Origin: Syntrophales bacterium
GTDB lineage: Bacteria; Desulfobacterota; Syntrophia; Syntrophales; UBA2210
Assembly (NCBI GenBank): GCA_963662405.2
Contig: CAXXKT010000001.1
Coordinates: 1,568,001 to 1,632,000, forward strand
Reading direction: 5' to 3'
DNA: 64,000 bases
The position numbers and the translations under genes are program-made. A model generated the notes under the pieces. The model was not told where the DNA came from and made no database searches. It was given only the letters and a program-made list of their open reading frames with translations. Positions 41,592 through 51,512 of the stretch are shown here, piece by piece (the first letter of the stretch is position 1; each line of letters begins with the position of its first letter).

Positions 41592-42361
41592 TGCAGGGGA
41601 GAGATTTTGCAATTGCGGCTGTTCTTGCCGTTGCGCTTCACTGCGGCATCGCGCTGGTGCGTATGCCGGTATCCGGGGCACCGCCACTTCTTACCAATCA
41701 GACGATCGCCATTTCTTTTCTTTCCCATGACTCACTGCCGGATGTCTTAGAGGATACAGCCCATGAAAATGAAGATAATGCGGCAAAGAGATGCCCTCCG
41801 AAAACAGCGGCGAAACACGATACGGTGAGGAAACAGGAACCGGTAACGGAAAGAGTGGCGCAGCAGATCGCGGAAAAGGGAGAAAAAAAAGCAGAAAAGA
41901 CGATCGCAAAGGAGGAGAAACAACGAAAACCGGTGGAACAGGCCGGGCCGGTGGAAAAAGACAGTATGCTCCTGGTTGAGACTCACGAAAGATCAGATCC
42001 TTCATTCGAAGGTCCGATCACGAAAACATCTCACCACGCACCGCCCCTACAAGAGACGAAAACGGCTCAACACATGCAATCGGAATCGGTTGCACCTCAT
42101 TACAGAAGCGCCCCGCCTCCGAAATACCCTGCGATCGCGCGCAGGAGAGGGTATGAAGGCGAGGTCCTTCTTGCCGTGGTAGTTTCGATTGATGGTACGG
42201 TTTCGAAAGTGACGGTGAAAAAGCCCTCCGGGCATTCTCTGCTGGATCGTGCCGCTGTGGAGGCTGTTAGCCGGTGGCGATTCGAGCCGGCCCGGCGGAT
42301 GGGCGTTTCCGTTTCATTGGAAGTGGATATTCCGGTGCGATTTGTGTTAGAAACGCCGTAG
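41588..42361 (+). CDS. tonB: TonB energy transducer
   Basis: N-terminal TM with His, PKYPAIARRRGYEGEV, SGHSLLDRAA, WRFEPA. Confidence 0.9.
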   Translation: MMQGRDFAIAAVLAVALHCGIALVRMPVSGAPPLLTNQTIAISFLSHDSLPDVLEDTAHENEDNAAKRCPPKTAAKHDTVRKQEPVTERVAQQIAEKGEKKAEKTIAKEEKQRKPVEQAGPVEKDSMLLVETHERSDPSFEGPITKTSHHAPPLQETKTAQHMQSESVAPHYRSAPPPKYPAIARRRGYEGEVLLAVVVSIDGTVSKVTVKKPSGHSLLDRAAVEAVSRWRFEPARRMGVSVSLEVDIPVRFVLETP

Positions 42362-42387
42362 TTTTTCTGAAAAGAGGGATCGTGTTG

Positions 42388-43332
42388 ATGAAAGCATTCG
42401 TTTGTAAAACAGGGGCACTGGTTCTCTTGGTGTCCCTGCTTTTCGCGACCGAGGCGTACTGCGTTTCGTCAAAGACTTACTATCGCCAGGGGAACAGTTT
42501 ATTCATCAAGAAAAAATATGACCGTGCGATAGAAAAATATCGAAAGGCAATTCAAGTAAATTCTCATGTCGCCGATTATCACTACAAGCTGGCTGAAGCA
42601 TACCGACTGAAGGAACTCGAAGATAAAGCCGTTGGGTGTTACAAAGATGCGATCGAGATCGATGCCCGATACTACGCGGCATACGCGGGTCTCGGCGAGA
42701 TATATTTCCAAATGGGACAATGCAAAGAGGCCGTCAGCCATTACAGACAAGCCATAAGGGTCTGTCCCACCGCAAGCAAGGACCACTTTTTCCTTGGCAG
42801 GATATGTGAGATACAAAAAGATACGGACGGTGCCATCAGGGAGTATGAACGTGCCATAAAGATAAACTCGGGCTATTTCGAAGCCCTTTCCAACCTCGCC
42901 ATGCGTTATGCCGATAAGGAGGAGTTCAGGAAGGCCGTGCGTTACTACGTGGAGGCGAGAAAGATACGGCCGTACGATGAAGATATTGTTGTGGGACTGG
43001 GTATAGCGTATACGCGGCTACGCGCTTTCAATGAAGCACAGGACATCTTTAACACGGCTCTTAGGATCAATCTCTTCAATCGTGACACTCGTTTTTACCT
43101 CGGGAAGGCCTATTATGGGATGGGAAACCTTGACCAGGCGATACGGCAAACGGAAAGGGCCCTGGAGATAGAGCCTAATAACCCGGAAACACATTTCACA
43201 TTGGGGCTCTACTATGCTAAAAAAGGCTGGGCCGATTTGGCCGTTGCGGAATATCGTGAGGCCCAGTTATTAGATCCGAATTATATCATGAACGCGGTTC
43301 AGAAGATTGAAGAAAGAACGGAACAACCGTAG
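42388..43332 (+). CDS. Exported TPR protein
   Basis: Signal peptide plus serial TPR motifs. Confidence 0.85.
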   Translation: MKAFVCKTGALVLLVSLLFATEAYCVSSKTYYRQGNSLFIKKKYDRAIEKYRKAIQVNSHVADYHYKLAEAYRLKELEDKAVGCYKDAIEIDARYYAAYAGLGEIYFQMGQCKEAVSHYRQAIRVCPTASKDHFFLGRICEIQKDTDGAIREYERAIKINSGYFEALSNLAMRYADKEEFRKAVRYYVEARKIRPYDEDIVVGLGIAYTRLRAFNEAQDIFNTALRINLFNRDTRFYLGKAYYGMGNLDQAIRQTERALEIEPNNPETHFTLGLYYAKKGWADLAVAEYREAQLLDPNYIMNAVQKIEERTEQP

Positions 43333-43352
43333 ATAAAAGAGGGAGATGTTAT

Positions 43353-43943
43353 ATGGACCATAACACAATGAGGGCACGCCTGGCAGAGATGATCGTGGAA
43401 CGAACCTTTCGTTACAGTGATGATCCGCCGTTTACACTTGCCTCTGGAAAACAGAGCAGTTTTTATTTCAATTGCAAACCCACGACACTCGACCCGGAGG
43501 GGATGAACCTGATAGGGAATATCATCTTTGATATGCTTGCGGGTACAGAGGTGACCGCCGTTGGGGGGCTTACTCTGGGAGCCGACCCGATGGCAAATGC
43601 TGTTTCCGTGATATCGTTTCAGAGAAACCGGCCCATCAATGCCTTCATCGTCAGGAAGGATGTGAAGGGGCATGGCACGCGGAGCGCAATCGAGGGGAAT
43701 GTCAAAAAAGGAGATCGAGTTGCCATCCTGGACGATGTAATTACCACGGGGCAATCCACCCTGCTTGCCATTCAAAAGGCTCGGGAAGAGGGACTGATTG
43801 TAGATCATGTGGTTACTCTCATTGATCGCCAGGAAGAGCGGGGAAGGGAGAATATAGAAAAAGAGATTCCGAGGGTCGAGTCTATCTTTACCCGGGCCGA
43901 TATCATGGGTCTCTATGAACGACGAAAGGAAACTCAGGCATGA
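43353..43943 (+). CDS. pyrE: Orotate phosphoribosyltransferase
   Basis: FTLASG, GGLTLGADP, VRKDVKGHG, LDDVITTG. Confidence 0.95.
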   Translation: MDHNTMRARLAEMIVERTFRYSDDPPFTLASGKQSSFYFNCKPTTLDPEGMNLIGNIIFDMLAGTEVTAVGGLTLGADPMANAVSVISFQRNRPINAFIVRKDVKGHGTRSAIEGNVKKGDRVAILDDVITTGQSTLLAIQKAREEGLIVDHVVTLIDRQEERGRENIEKEIPRVESIFTRADIMGLYERRKETQA

Positions 43944-44644
43944 GGTATCTGAAATGTCTCATGATGTTGTCCTGCCTGATGTTTTTTGTCTTTTTGGATG
44001 TCACTCAAGCTGGGGAAGGCGGTGCCCTGATCGTTGCCGGGTTTGAATCGGGGGAGATGAAAGACGGGGCGCCGGTGGGCTGGGAACTGGTTGAGAAGGG
44101 TGGAACCCCAAACCTTGTCCTTGAGAAACAAGGAACGCATTATGCCCTGCATTTGAAAAGTGACCGGCGTTCCTCCTTCGGAATAAAGAAAGAAATCAAC
44201 CTGAAGGTGGGTGAATATTCCTTCCTGAATTGGGACTGGAGGGCACTCCGTCTTCCGGATGGGGCGGATGTCAGGAATGCCGATACCGATGATCAGGCCA
44301 TCCAGGTCTATGTCGGATTCGAACCAACAGGCTGGCCCGCCAAACTGAATACCCCCGTTATCGGATATATCTGGGATGTTGAATGCCCCAAGGGCAGCAT
44401 GGTTACCAGTTCGCAACTCTTTGCGGGTAAGGTGCGACATATTGTTCTCAGAAACAAAAGCGACACCCTGGGGCAGTGGTACCGTGAGAAGAGAAATCTG
44501 GCGGAAGACTTCCGGAAACTGTTCCCCGATATCGATGGAGGTAAACCGAGAGATATCAATGGGATAGTGGTTTATATTGATTCCCAGGACACGGAAAGCG
44601 AGGCGGAAAGCTCTATCTATAATATTCGTTTCAGCAAAGAATAG
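43940..44644 (+). CDS. Exported protein, DUF3047-like
   Basis: Signal peptide; LNWDW, DDQA, GYIWD, WYREKRNLAEDF. Confidence 0.7.
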   Translation: MRYLKCLMMLSCLMFFVFLDVTQAGEGGALIVAGFESGEMKDGAPVGWELVEKGGTPNLVLEKQGTHYALHLKSDRRSSFGIKKEINLKVGEYSFLNWDWRALRLPDGADVRNADTDDQAIQVYVGFEPTGWPAKLNTPVIGYIWDVECPKGSMVTSSQLFAGKVRHIVLRNKSDTLGQWYREKRNLAEDFRKLFPDIDGGKPRDINGIVVYIDSQDTESEAESSIYNIRFSKE

Positions 44645-44731
44645 ATCATAGCACCAGATCAACCGATCTCCTCTGGAACGGTTGAGGGTGATGCATATAT
44701 TACGTTGGGCAAAAACAGAGGCTGTTCTCCT

Positions 44732-46072
44732 ATGAAAAGAAAAAGCGCGTCGTGGCTCGGTTCAAAAAGCTGGATTTTCCCCCTCATCATCTTTCTTTCC
44801 ATTGGTTTCCTGAACCCTGTCCCGGGGGCCGGACTGGAAACCGTTGATGAAACAGCCTCGTTCATACCGGATTCCCTCGTTGTCCTGACCGGTGCCCCGG
44901 TTATTGTTGTCGATAAGACGATGCAGCGACTCTTCGTCTATCGATTCGACGGCAACTCGTTCCAGCGTTTGTACGAGGCGGCCTGTTCGACCGGTAAAAA
45001 CCAGGGGACGAAGGTTCAATCAGGTGATGCCAGAACACCGGAGGGGATCTACTTTCCCACCCAGTTATTTCAGGATAGTGAGCTGAGCGCTACCTATGGC
45101 CCCCTCGCCTTTGATCTCAGTTATCCGAATGCTCTCGACAGGAAAGAGGGGAAGAACGGCAACAATATATGGCTTCACGGGACCGACAAATCCTTGAAAC
45201 CCTTCCAATCAAATGGCTGCATCGCCCTCGGCAATGGTGATATCACCGCCATTGCCGATTTCATTACCCTCAATGCGACGCCTGTTATTATTCACGACTA
45301 TATCAGGTGGGTCAATCCATCGATACGGATGGCCCAGAAAAAAGATATCATATCATGTATCGATACTTGGTCCCGAGGTGTCTGCAGTGGAGATGTTCAA
45401 CAGATGACCGAACTTTATGGGAAGGATTGTCGGCACGAAGAGGAGAGACACGGTCGATTTGCCGAGCAGATGCTGACATTGAAACGATACGGGGGGCAGG
45501 TGGCCCTGATCCCGGAAGACCTGATGCTGCTGAAACACGATAAGTATGTCGTAGCGCTTTTCCGACAGCAGTTTACGGTAAACGATCATTCCTACGACGC
45601 AGGATTACGGAAGCTGTTTCTGAAGAAACGGCAGAACGATTGGTACATCGCAGGTGACGTGCCGGTAGAGTCCGGGAAGGAACGCCGGTTCATGGCGGTT
45701 CTTGAAAAAATCAATGCCGACAGGGCGTATCGCGATGACGTGCGCAGGCTGATCGATACGTGGGCTACCAGCTGGCAGGAGGGAGATATGGAGAAATACG
45801 CCTCCTTTTATGCCAAGGATTTTCGATCCAGGAAGATGAACCGTAACGCGTGGCTTGCCTATAAGGAACGCCTCTCCCGGCTCAACAGTAACATTCGAAT
45901 CGATATCAAAGACCTCACGATCCGCCACCAGTCGCACCACAGAGCTATCGCGATCTTTGAGCAACACTATCGTTCGTCACGGGTACAAGATGTGGGGATG
46001 AAGACACTGTACCTGAAATATGTTGATAATTCTTGGAAAATATGCCAGGAAGTATGGCGTGTAAAGAGATAG
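44732..46072 (+). CDS. YkuD L,D-transpeptidase/carboxypeptidase-domain protein with NTF2-like domains (Csd6-like)
   Basis: GDARTPEGIY, YPNALD, IWLHG...SNGCIAL; two Wxxx(W)xxGD repeats. Confidence 0.82.
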   Translation: MKRKSASWLGSKSWIFPLIIFLSIGFLNPVPGAGLETVDETASFIPDSLVVLTGAPVIVVDKTMQRLFVYRFDGNSFQRLYEAACSTGKNQGTKVQSGDARTPEGIYFPTQLFQDSELSATYGPLAFDLSYPNALDRKEGKNGNNIWLHGTDKSLKPFQSNGCIALGNGDITAIADFITLNATPVIIHDYIRWVNPSIRMAQKKDIISCIDTWSRGVCSGDVQQMTELYGKDCRHEEERHGRFAEQMLTLKRYGGQVALIPEDLMLLKHDKYVVALFRQQFTVNDHSYDAGLRKLFLKKRQNDWYIAGDVPVESGKERRFMAVLEKINADRAYRDDVRRLIDTWATSWQEGDMEKYASFYAKDFRSRKMNRNAWLAYKERLSRLNSNIRIDIKDLTIRHQSHHRAIAIFEQHYRSSRVQDVGMKTLYLKYVDNSWKICQEVWRVKR

Positions 46073-46088
46073 GAACAGGCTTCCTGCA

Positions 46089-46868
46089 ATGGAAAACAAT
46101 ACAAAAGCAAAAAGCTGGTTTGTCATTGTAATCGGAGAGCGAGAACGTCATGGGCCCTATGAGATTACACGAAAGGCCCTCATCTGCTTGTGTCTTTGCC
46201 TGATGGCGATTCTTGCTGTGACGGTGGTGGGTAGCTCCTGGTTTTGGAGCCGGTCACAGATAGCTACCGGCAACGAACTGAAGGGGGAGCTTGCAGCCGC
46301 CAGGCAGGCCATCGATTTGATCAGTCGTGAAAGGGAGGATTTGTTAGGAGAAAACGGTCAGTTGAAGAAACAGATCGCACGGTCTCTCACAAAGAAGGAT
46401 GATCACGTAAAGGCCTCAAAGAACGAGGATCACGTAACGGTGGTTGTCGATAAGGAAAAGGAAGAGGCCCCCGTCTCCATGAAGAAAGACGCTGTGGTGC
46501 TCTCTCCCGGACCGTTTGTTTCCGTTGAGGACATTCAGATTACACACAACGCCGAAAACAAGAAACTCAAGATCAGATTTGTCATCAGAAAAGAGAGTGA
46601 TGATGAGAACTACATTTCAGGGTATGTATTTATCATTCTTAATCCTGCTCCCGGTTCCTCCGATCCGCGCAAGATTTATCCGACGGTTGAACTTACTGAA
46701 GGATACCCTCAATCATATGACAAAGGGGAGAACTTTTCCATCGCTCGTTTCAAATACATTGAGGGCGCTTTTCATTCGATAGCGGACAGGGGTACATATG
46801 CCTCGTTCTCTGTTCTGGTCTATGGGGATAACGGGACGCTCAGACTGAAAAAAGAGGTGCCGTTATAA
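46089..46868 (+). CDS. Single-TM coiled-coil protein of unknown function
   Basis: TM helix, heptad region, C-terminal FSIARFKYIEG beta domain. Confidence 0.65.
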   Translation: MENNTKAKSWFVIVIGERERHGPYEITRKALICLCLCLMAILAVTVVGSSWFWSRSQIATGNELKGELAAARQAIDLISREREDLLGENGQLKKQIARSLTKKDDHVKASKNEDHVTVVVDKEKEEAPVSMKKDAVVLSPGPFVSVEDIQITHNAENKKLKIRFVIRKESDDENYISGYVFIILNPAPGSSDPRKIYPTVELTEGYPQSYDKGENFSIARFKYIEGAFHSIADRGTYASFSVLVYGDNGTLRLKKEVPL

Positions 46869-46885
46869 CGTTCCTCGATGATCCC

Positions 46886-48718
46886 ATGAACATATTGAGC
46901 CATACCACACGGTGGTTTCCCCTCAGATTCAAAACAGTATGTATTACGCTCTGTCTCTGCTTTCTTGCATCCCTGGTGGCAATGACCCCGGTCTGTCACG
47001 GGAAGAACACCATGGAGACCTTTTTTCGGGATACCGACTATGAATTAAACGTTTACCGGATTAACGGAAAACTGCATGGCAAAACACTGCTGATCATAGG
47101 AGGTATCCAAGGGGACGAACCCGGAGGTTTCCTGTCCGCCGATCTGTATGCGGATATGGAACTCGTGCGGGGAAATCTTATCGTGGTTCCGCGGGCAAAC
47201 TTCTATTCCATTATCCTCAACAGACGTCAGGTAAACGAGGATATGAACCGTACATTTTCCGGATCGTCGCGGGAAAACTATGAGACACAGGTGGTTTCCA
47301 TCCTGAAACGGCTGATATCGGAGAGCGATTGTCTCTTGAATCTTCATGACGGATCCGGTTTCTACCGGGATACGTGGCAGGGTGAGATGAAAAACCCGGC
47401 AAGATATGGGCAGTCGATCATTGTCGACTCTGAAAGCTATAGTGATCTGGCCGGACATGAGATCCCTCTCGGCGAGATGGCGCGAAAGGCCATCTCAAAG
47501 ATCAATGAACAGATCGATAATTCCGATCATTTGTTCCACTTCAACAACCACCGGACCAGGGCCCCCGATTCCTCGCATCCGGAGCAGAGAAAGTCGGCGA
47601 CGTACTATGCCCTGTACGAGTGCGGTATACCGGCATTCGGAATCGAAACGAGTAAATCTCTCCCCCTGGAGACCCGAATCTACCATCACAATCTCGCGGT
47701 CAATTCGTTCATGGAAATGTTTGATATTATGCCGGAGATACCGGGGATCGGTCTGGCAGAGCCGCAGATAAGGTATGCCGTGGTAAAGATCAACGACGGT
47801 TCCCCGGTCGTTGTGGCAAACGGAGAAACACTGCACATCTGTTCGCATGACACCATAAAGATCGTTCATCTCGAAGGGAATTACACCCGTGGGCTCAGTG
47901 CCGATATAGAAGGGTGCGGTTCGGTGAACGACATGAATAAACCGTTTGTCTTAGACGCCCCCACGCGTGTTCTCATCAAAAAAGACCACCTGCTCTGTGG
48001 TATCTTTGACATTGCCTTGGGTGAGCGGTCTCCTCCCGGGCGGCTAACCACGGCGAAGCACGTTGTGGTCCTGTTCAAAGTCAAAATCAACGGAAAAGAG
48101 GGGTATTATCCCAACGGTTCTCATGTAGACATTGTCCGGGGCGATCTTCTGGAGTTGGTTGATGTCACCACAAATCCCGAATCACTGGCTGATATTGTCT
48201 GTAACTTCAAGGGATTCGTCGGCAACAGGAAAACCAATACCGGGGAGGACAGAGGGTATATCATAGACACGGCCGCAGACCTCTGGGAGCGTTACTCCCT
48301 GTATAATAAGGGAAGGGCCTATCAGGTCGTTGCCTCTGAAGGTGACGATACGGTCATTGGCCACCTTTTTTTCGACATACATCCCCCCCTCTTTGAATAT
48401 CTCCTTTTGTGCCTCAATGAAACGGATAAGAGATGGTTTTCTCACAACGAACGGATACGGTTGAAACGAACGGATACGATGAAGATCGTGGATGTCAAGA
48501 GTAACCTATCCCCCCAGCGGTTAACGATAGTGATCGAGGGGATGAAACGGTCCCTTCCGATAGATCTGGGGGAAATCGTTACCGGTGAACGGATCGTTTC
48601 CCTCCTTGAGAAAATGGATGCCGAATGCAGTATCCGCATTGGCTGTGATGAAATCCCTCTTGCGCTGTTACCGATAACCATTGTAGATTACCGATCAGCT
48701 TCGACCGGGGGGGGTTGA
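46886..48718 (+). CDS. M14/M99 D,L-carboxypeptidase (Csd4/Pgp1-like)
   Basis: GGIQGDEPGG, VPRAN, DMNR, LNLHDGSGFY, GQSII, FGIETSK. Confidence 0.85.
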   Translation: MNILSHTTRWFPLRFKTVCITLCLCFLASLVAMTPVCHGKNTMETFFRDTDYELNVYRINGKLHGKTLLIIGGIQGDEPGGFLSADLYADMELVRGNLIVVPRANFYSIILNRRQVNEDMNRTFSGSSRENYETQVVSILKRLISESDCLLNLHDGSGFYRDTWQGEMKNPARYGQSIIVDSESYSDLAGHEIPLGEMARKAISKINEQIDNSDHLFHFNNHRTRAPDSSHPEQRKSATYYALYECGIPAFGIETSKSLPLETRIYHHNLAVNSFMEMFDIMPEIPGIGLAEPQIRYAVVKINDGSPVVVANGETLHICSHDTIKIVHLEGNYTRGLSADIEGCGSVNDMNKPFVLDAPTRVLIKKDHLLCGIFDIALGERSPPGRLTTAKHVVVLFKVKINGKEGYYPNGSHVDIVRGDLLELVDVTTNPESLADIVCNFKGFVGNRKTNTGEDRGYIIDTAADLWERYSLYNKGRAYQVVASEGDDTVIGHLFFDIHPPLFEYLLLCLNETDKRWFSHNERIRLKRTDTMKIVDVKSNLSPQRLTIVIEGMKRSLPIDLGEIVTGERIVSLLEKMDAECSIRIGCDEIPLALLPITIVDYRSASTGGG

Positions 48719-48743
48719 AGAGAAGCAATTAAGGAGAACAGAT

Positions 48744-49097
48744 GTGAAAGAAAAGGATGTTTCCATTATCAATAAAGGGTGCACGCTCAAGGGGTCGCTG
48801 GATTTTAAGGGATATCTCATGATAGCAGGCACGGTGGAAGGTATCCTTCATGCCGAGTCTGTCATTACGGAAGAGGGGAGCGTCGTCAAAGCGGATATCA
48901 CATCGGAAAATCTGACCGTTGCCGGCGCCTTCGAAGGGAACATCATGGTGACCGGACTGTTGACCCTCCTCGGTACTTCTCATGTCCGGGCAGAGATACG
49001 GTGCGGCAGGCTGGTGATGGAAGAAGGGAGTATCCTAAACGGGAAAATCCTGCCTCCCTCAAGCGCAGACCCCACCTTTGGCCAAGCCACACTCTAG
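48744..49097 (+). CDS. Bactofilin (polymer-forming cytoskeletal protein)
   Basis: SIINKG...IAGTVEG...VAGAFEGNI...LVMEEGSILNG. Confidence 0.88.
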   Translation: MKEKDVSIINKGCTLKGSLDFKGYLMIAGTVEGILHAESVITEEGSVVKADITSENLTVAGAFEGNIMVTGLLTLLGTSHVRAEIRCGRLVMEEGSILNGKILPPSSADPTFGQATL

Positions 49098-49150
49098 CGA
49101 TTACCAATGAAGTGCCTTTCCCTCGGTTTCAGAACGTCTTGACTTTTCGG

Positions 49151-49864
49151 TTATGGGGAAGCGGTGGCGGGCAGTCTTTGATGCTCGTGGAGCAGCCTGA
49201 TTTCTCCCGCCGCCAGGTGTGCCCTCCGTGTCGGTTCGGGCAGCCGGTATCCCCTACAACTTGCCAAGGTTACCGCTATGGCCTTCTCGCAACCGATCTT
49301 GTGTCCCGGTGAGATAAAAACGGGTTTCACGTTCTTCTTTGTCCGCAGAACGGCCCCCGTGATCTTTGCCTTGAAGAACAGGGGAGAATAATCGCCCACG
49401 TCGTTTCCCGGTTCATCGTACGATCCCACCAGTCGTGTCTTCCCGCACCCTATGGAGGGTGCGTCAAGGAAGAGCCCCATGTGTGATGCGAGACCCATCC
49501 CTCTCGGATGGGCGATTCCCTGCCCGTCGAAAATGATGATATCGGGCGAAGATGTAAGCTTCCGGAAGGCCTCCAACAGGATAGGACCTTCTCTAAAGGT
49601 AAGCAATCCCGGGATATAGGGAAAATCCGCAACGCCACTGGAGGATGCCTGTTCGATAATCTCCATGGTTTCAAAATCGAAAAGGACGACGGCGGCAAAA
49701 AAGGTGTTGGTGCTCTTGGCATACGATATATCGGCGCCGGCTATGGTTTGTATCGTGAGGGGGAGATCTTTGCTACGGAGGATAAGCCGTTCCCTGAGAC
49801 GGAGCTGTATCTCACGAGCTTTTTCATAGCTGAGGTCCCAGTCATGCAGGTGGTTTATCTTCAT
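49151..49864 (-). CDS. nfi: Endonuclease V
   Basis: AGADISY, FPYIPGLLTFRE, DGQGIAHPR, YRLPEPTR. Confidence 0.95.
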   Translation of the reverse strand: MKINHLHDWDLSYEKAREIQLRLRERLILRSKDLPLTIQTIAGADISYAKSTNTFFAAVVLFDFETMEIIEQASSSGVADFPYIPGLLTFREGPILLEAFRKLTSSPDIIIFDGQGIAHPRGMGLASHMGLFLDAPSIGCGKTRLVGSYDEPGNDVGDYSPLFFKAKITGAVLRTKKNVKPVFISPGHKIGCEKAIAVTLASCRGYRLPEPTRRAHLAAGEIRLLHEHQRLPATASP

Positions 49865-49881
49865 CTTGTGATTCGATGGTT

Positions 49882-50820
49882 CTAGGGTGTGCTATTGCTT
49901 GACAGGACAGCTTTGGCCTTTTCGATATCCCTTTGTATCTGCCGTGTCAGTTCCTCGGGTCCTTTAAACTTTCGCTCGTCCCGCAGCCGGTCTATGAAGA
50001 AGAGGGTGATGTTTTTATCGTATATGTCACCCTCAAAATCGAGAAGATGGACCTCCGCCGAGGTTTCTTCGTTGCCAAACGTGGGGTTATTCCCTATATT
50101 GATCACCCCCCGGTACCTGATGCCTTCGAGCTCGGCAAAAACAGCATAAACACCTGCCGCGGGGATGACCTTTTCAGATTTTATGTTCGCCGTTGGGTAC
50201 CCCACTATATCGGTGCCTCGGCGATATCCCTTGACAATGGTACCGCTGACGCTGTAAGGCCTCCCCAGCATCTCCGATGCCAGGCTGACATTTCCCGCAA
50301 GGATCGAAAGGCGAATATTGGTGCTGCTGGCAATCATCCCGTCTGTCCTGACAACGCCGATTTCCTCAACCGCAAACCCGAATTTTTCGGCTGATTTTCT
50401 GAGAAATGCTGCGTTTCCACCCTTCCCCTTCCCAAAGACATAATCATATCCGATAAACAGTTTGCTCAGGTGCAATTTCTCCCACAATATATCCTCCACG
50501 AACCTGTCGGCTATGATATCGGCAAATACGGGAGAGAAGGTAAGCAGAATAACCGCATCAACCCCGCATGATGCGATGAGGTCGAGTTTTTCCTGCAAGG
50601 GGGTCAAGAGAAAGAAAGGTCTCCTCTCCGGGTGTATGATCTTCTGGGGGTGGGGATCAAAAGTGATCACCACGGCCTTTGTATTTTGCCCCTGGGCCTC
50701 AGCGACGATTTTTCGAAAAATCTCCCTATGGCCCAGGTGTACGCCATCGAAGTTGCCTATCGTTACGATGGCACCTGTCAGATCTTCGAGGGGGGTATCA
50801 GGATCTCTTATAATATTCAT
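49882..50820 (-). CDS. ribF: Riboflavin kinase/FAD synthetase
   Basis: IGNFDGVHLGH, TFDPHP, SSTNIR, GYPTAN, EVHLLDF. Confidence 0.95.
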   Translation of the reverse strand: MNIIRDPDTPLEDLTGAIVTIGNFDGVHLGHREIFRKIVAEAQGQNTKAVVITFDPHPQKIIHPERRPFFLLTPLQEKLDLIASCGVDAVILLTFSPVFADIIADRFVEDILWEKLHLSKLFIGYDYVFGKGKGGNAAFLRKSAEKFGFAVEEIGVVRTDGMIASSTNIRLSILAGNVSLASEMLGRPYSVSGTIVKGYRRGTDIVGYPTANIKSEKVIPAAGVYAVFAELEGIRYRGVINIGNNPTFGNEETSAEVHLLDFEGDIYDKNITLFFIDRLRDERKFKGPEELTRQIQRDIEKAKAVLSSNSTP

Positions 50821-50908
50821 AACGCGTCCCGTCGGATTTGAGGAATAATCGCTCAATTATAAAAAAGCAGCATAGCATGTATGGAGTTATTTTCAAGGGG
50901 AATTTCTC

Positions 50909-50937
50909 TTGACAATCTCCGGGTCCATCAGTATAAG
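50909..50937 (+). promoter_or_regulatory. Sigma70-type promoter of tRNA-Leu
   Basis: TTGACA-17 nt-TATAAG. Confidence 0.65.
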
Positions 50938-50957
50938 CGTTCGTAAGATTTTCTTGT

Positions 50958-51044
50958 GCCGAAGTGGCGGAATTGGTAGACGCGCTAGGTTCAGGGTCTA
51001 GTGGGCGTACGCCTGTCCGGGTTCAAATCCCGGCTTCGGCACCA
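50958..51044 (+). tRNA. tRNA-Leu(CAG)
   Basis: GCCGAAG acceptor stem pairing CTTCGGC-ACCA, D-loop GGAATTGGTAGAC, anticodon loop TTCAGGG, long variable arm, GGTTCAAATCC. Confidence 0.96.
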
Positions 51045-51054
51045 TTTGAACGTA

Positions 51055-51093
51055 AGAGGGCGCAATCTGTAGGGGTTGCGCCCCTTTTGTTTT
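51055..51093 (+). terminator. Terminator after tRNA
   Basis: GGGCGCAATC...GGTTGCGCCC followed by T-rich tract. Confidence 0.7.
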
Positions 51094-51189
51094 GACAGGG
51101 TGCGGATGAGTGCACATCCAAATAGTTTACCGCATTCCTGCTCTGGCTTGGTATCCACCTTGGTCTTTATTGCTCCAGAATACTTCCTT

Positions 51190-51475
51190 ATTATAGGAGC
51201 GCTTTGTTTCGGTATTGACTATACCAATCAATGGTATCCTTCCTGAGGGCCAAGACCTCTCCGAATTTCATTCCCGTGTGTAGCGCGCAAAGGAAAACTA
51301 GCTTTTAACGTGTTGTTGGCGAGAGGGTTGATGCCCCCCCCCCCCCCCATGTCATGGGTCCAACGGGAGCCCTTTCTTTCTTCAGGTACAGCATTTTCGT
51401 AATACTTGGTGCCGGGTTTACAGTGATGATCTCTTTATCAAGGGCATATTACGAAGGTTCGTTTATGCAGACGTG
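51190..51475 (-). pseudogene. Tyrosine integrase remnant
   Basis: Minus-strand fragments YALDKEIITVNP and FLCALHTGMKFGEVLALRKDTIDW (box I-like, Arg->Lys), broken by stops and a C15 run. Confidence 0.7.
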
Positions 51476-51512
51476 ATTAATGATGATCATACTGTTGTTC
51501 AATAGTACCTAT

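Noticed and set aside
51334..51348. C15 homopolymer as a phase-variation switch
   Set aside because: Lies within an already broken integrase remnant; run length may also be an artefact.
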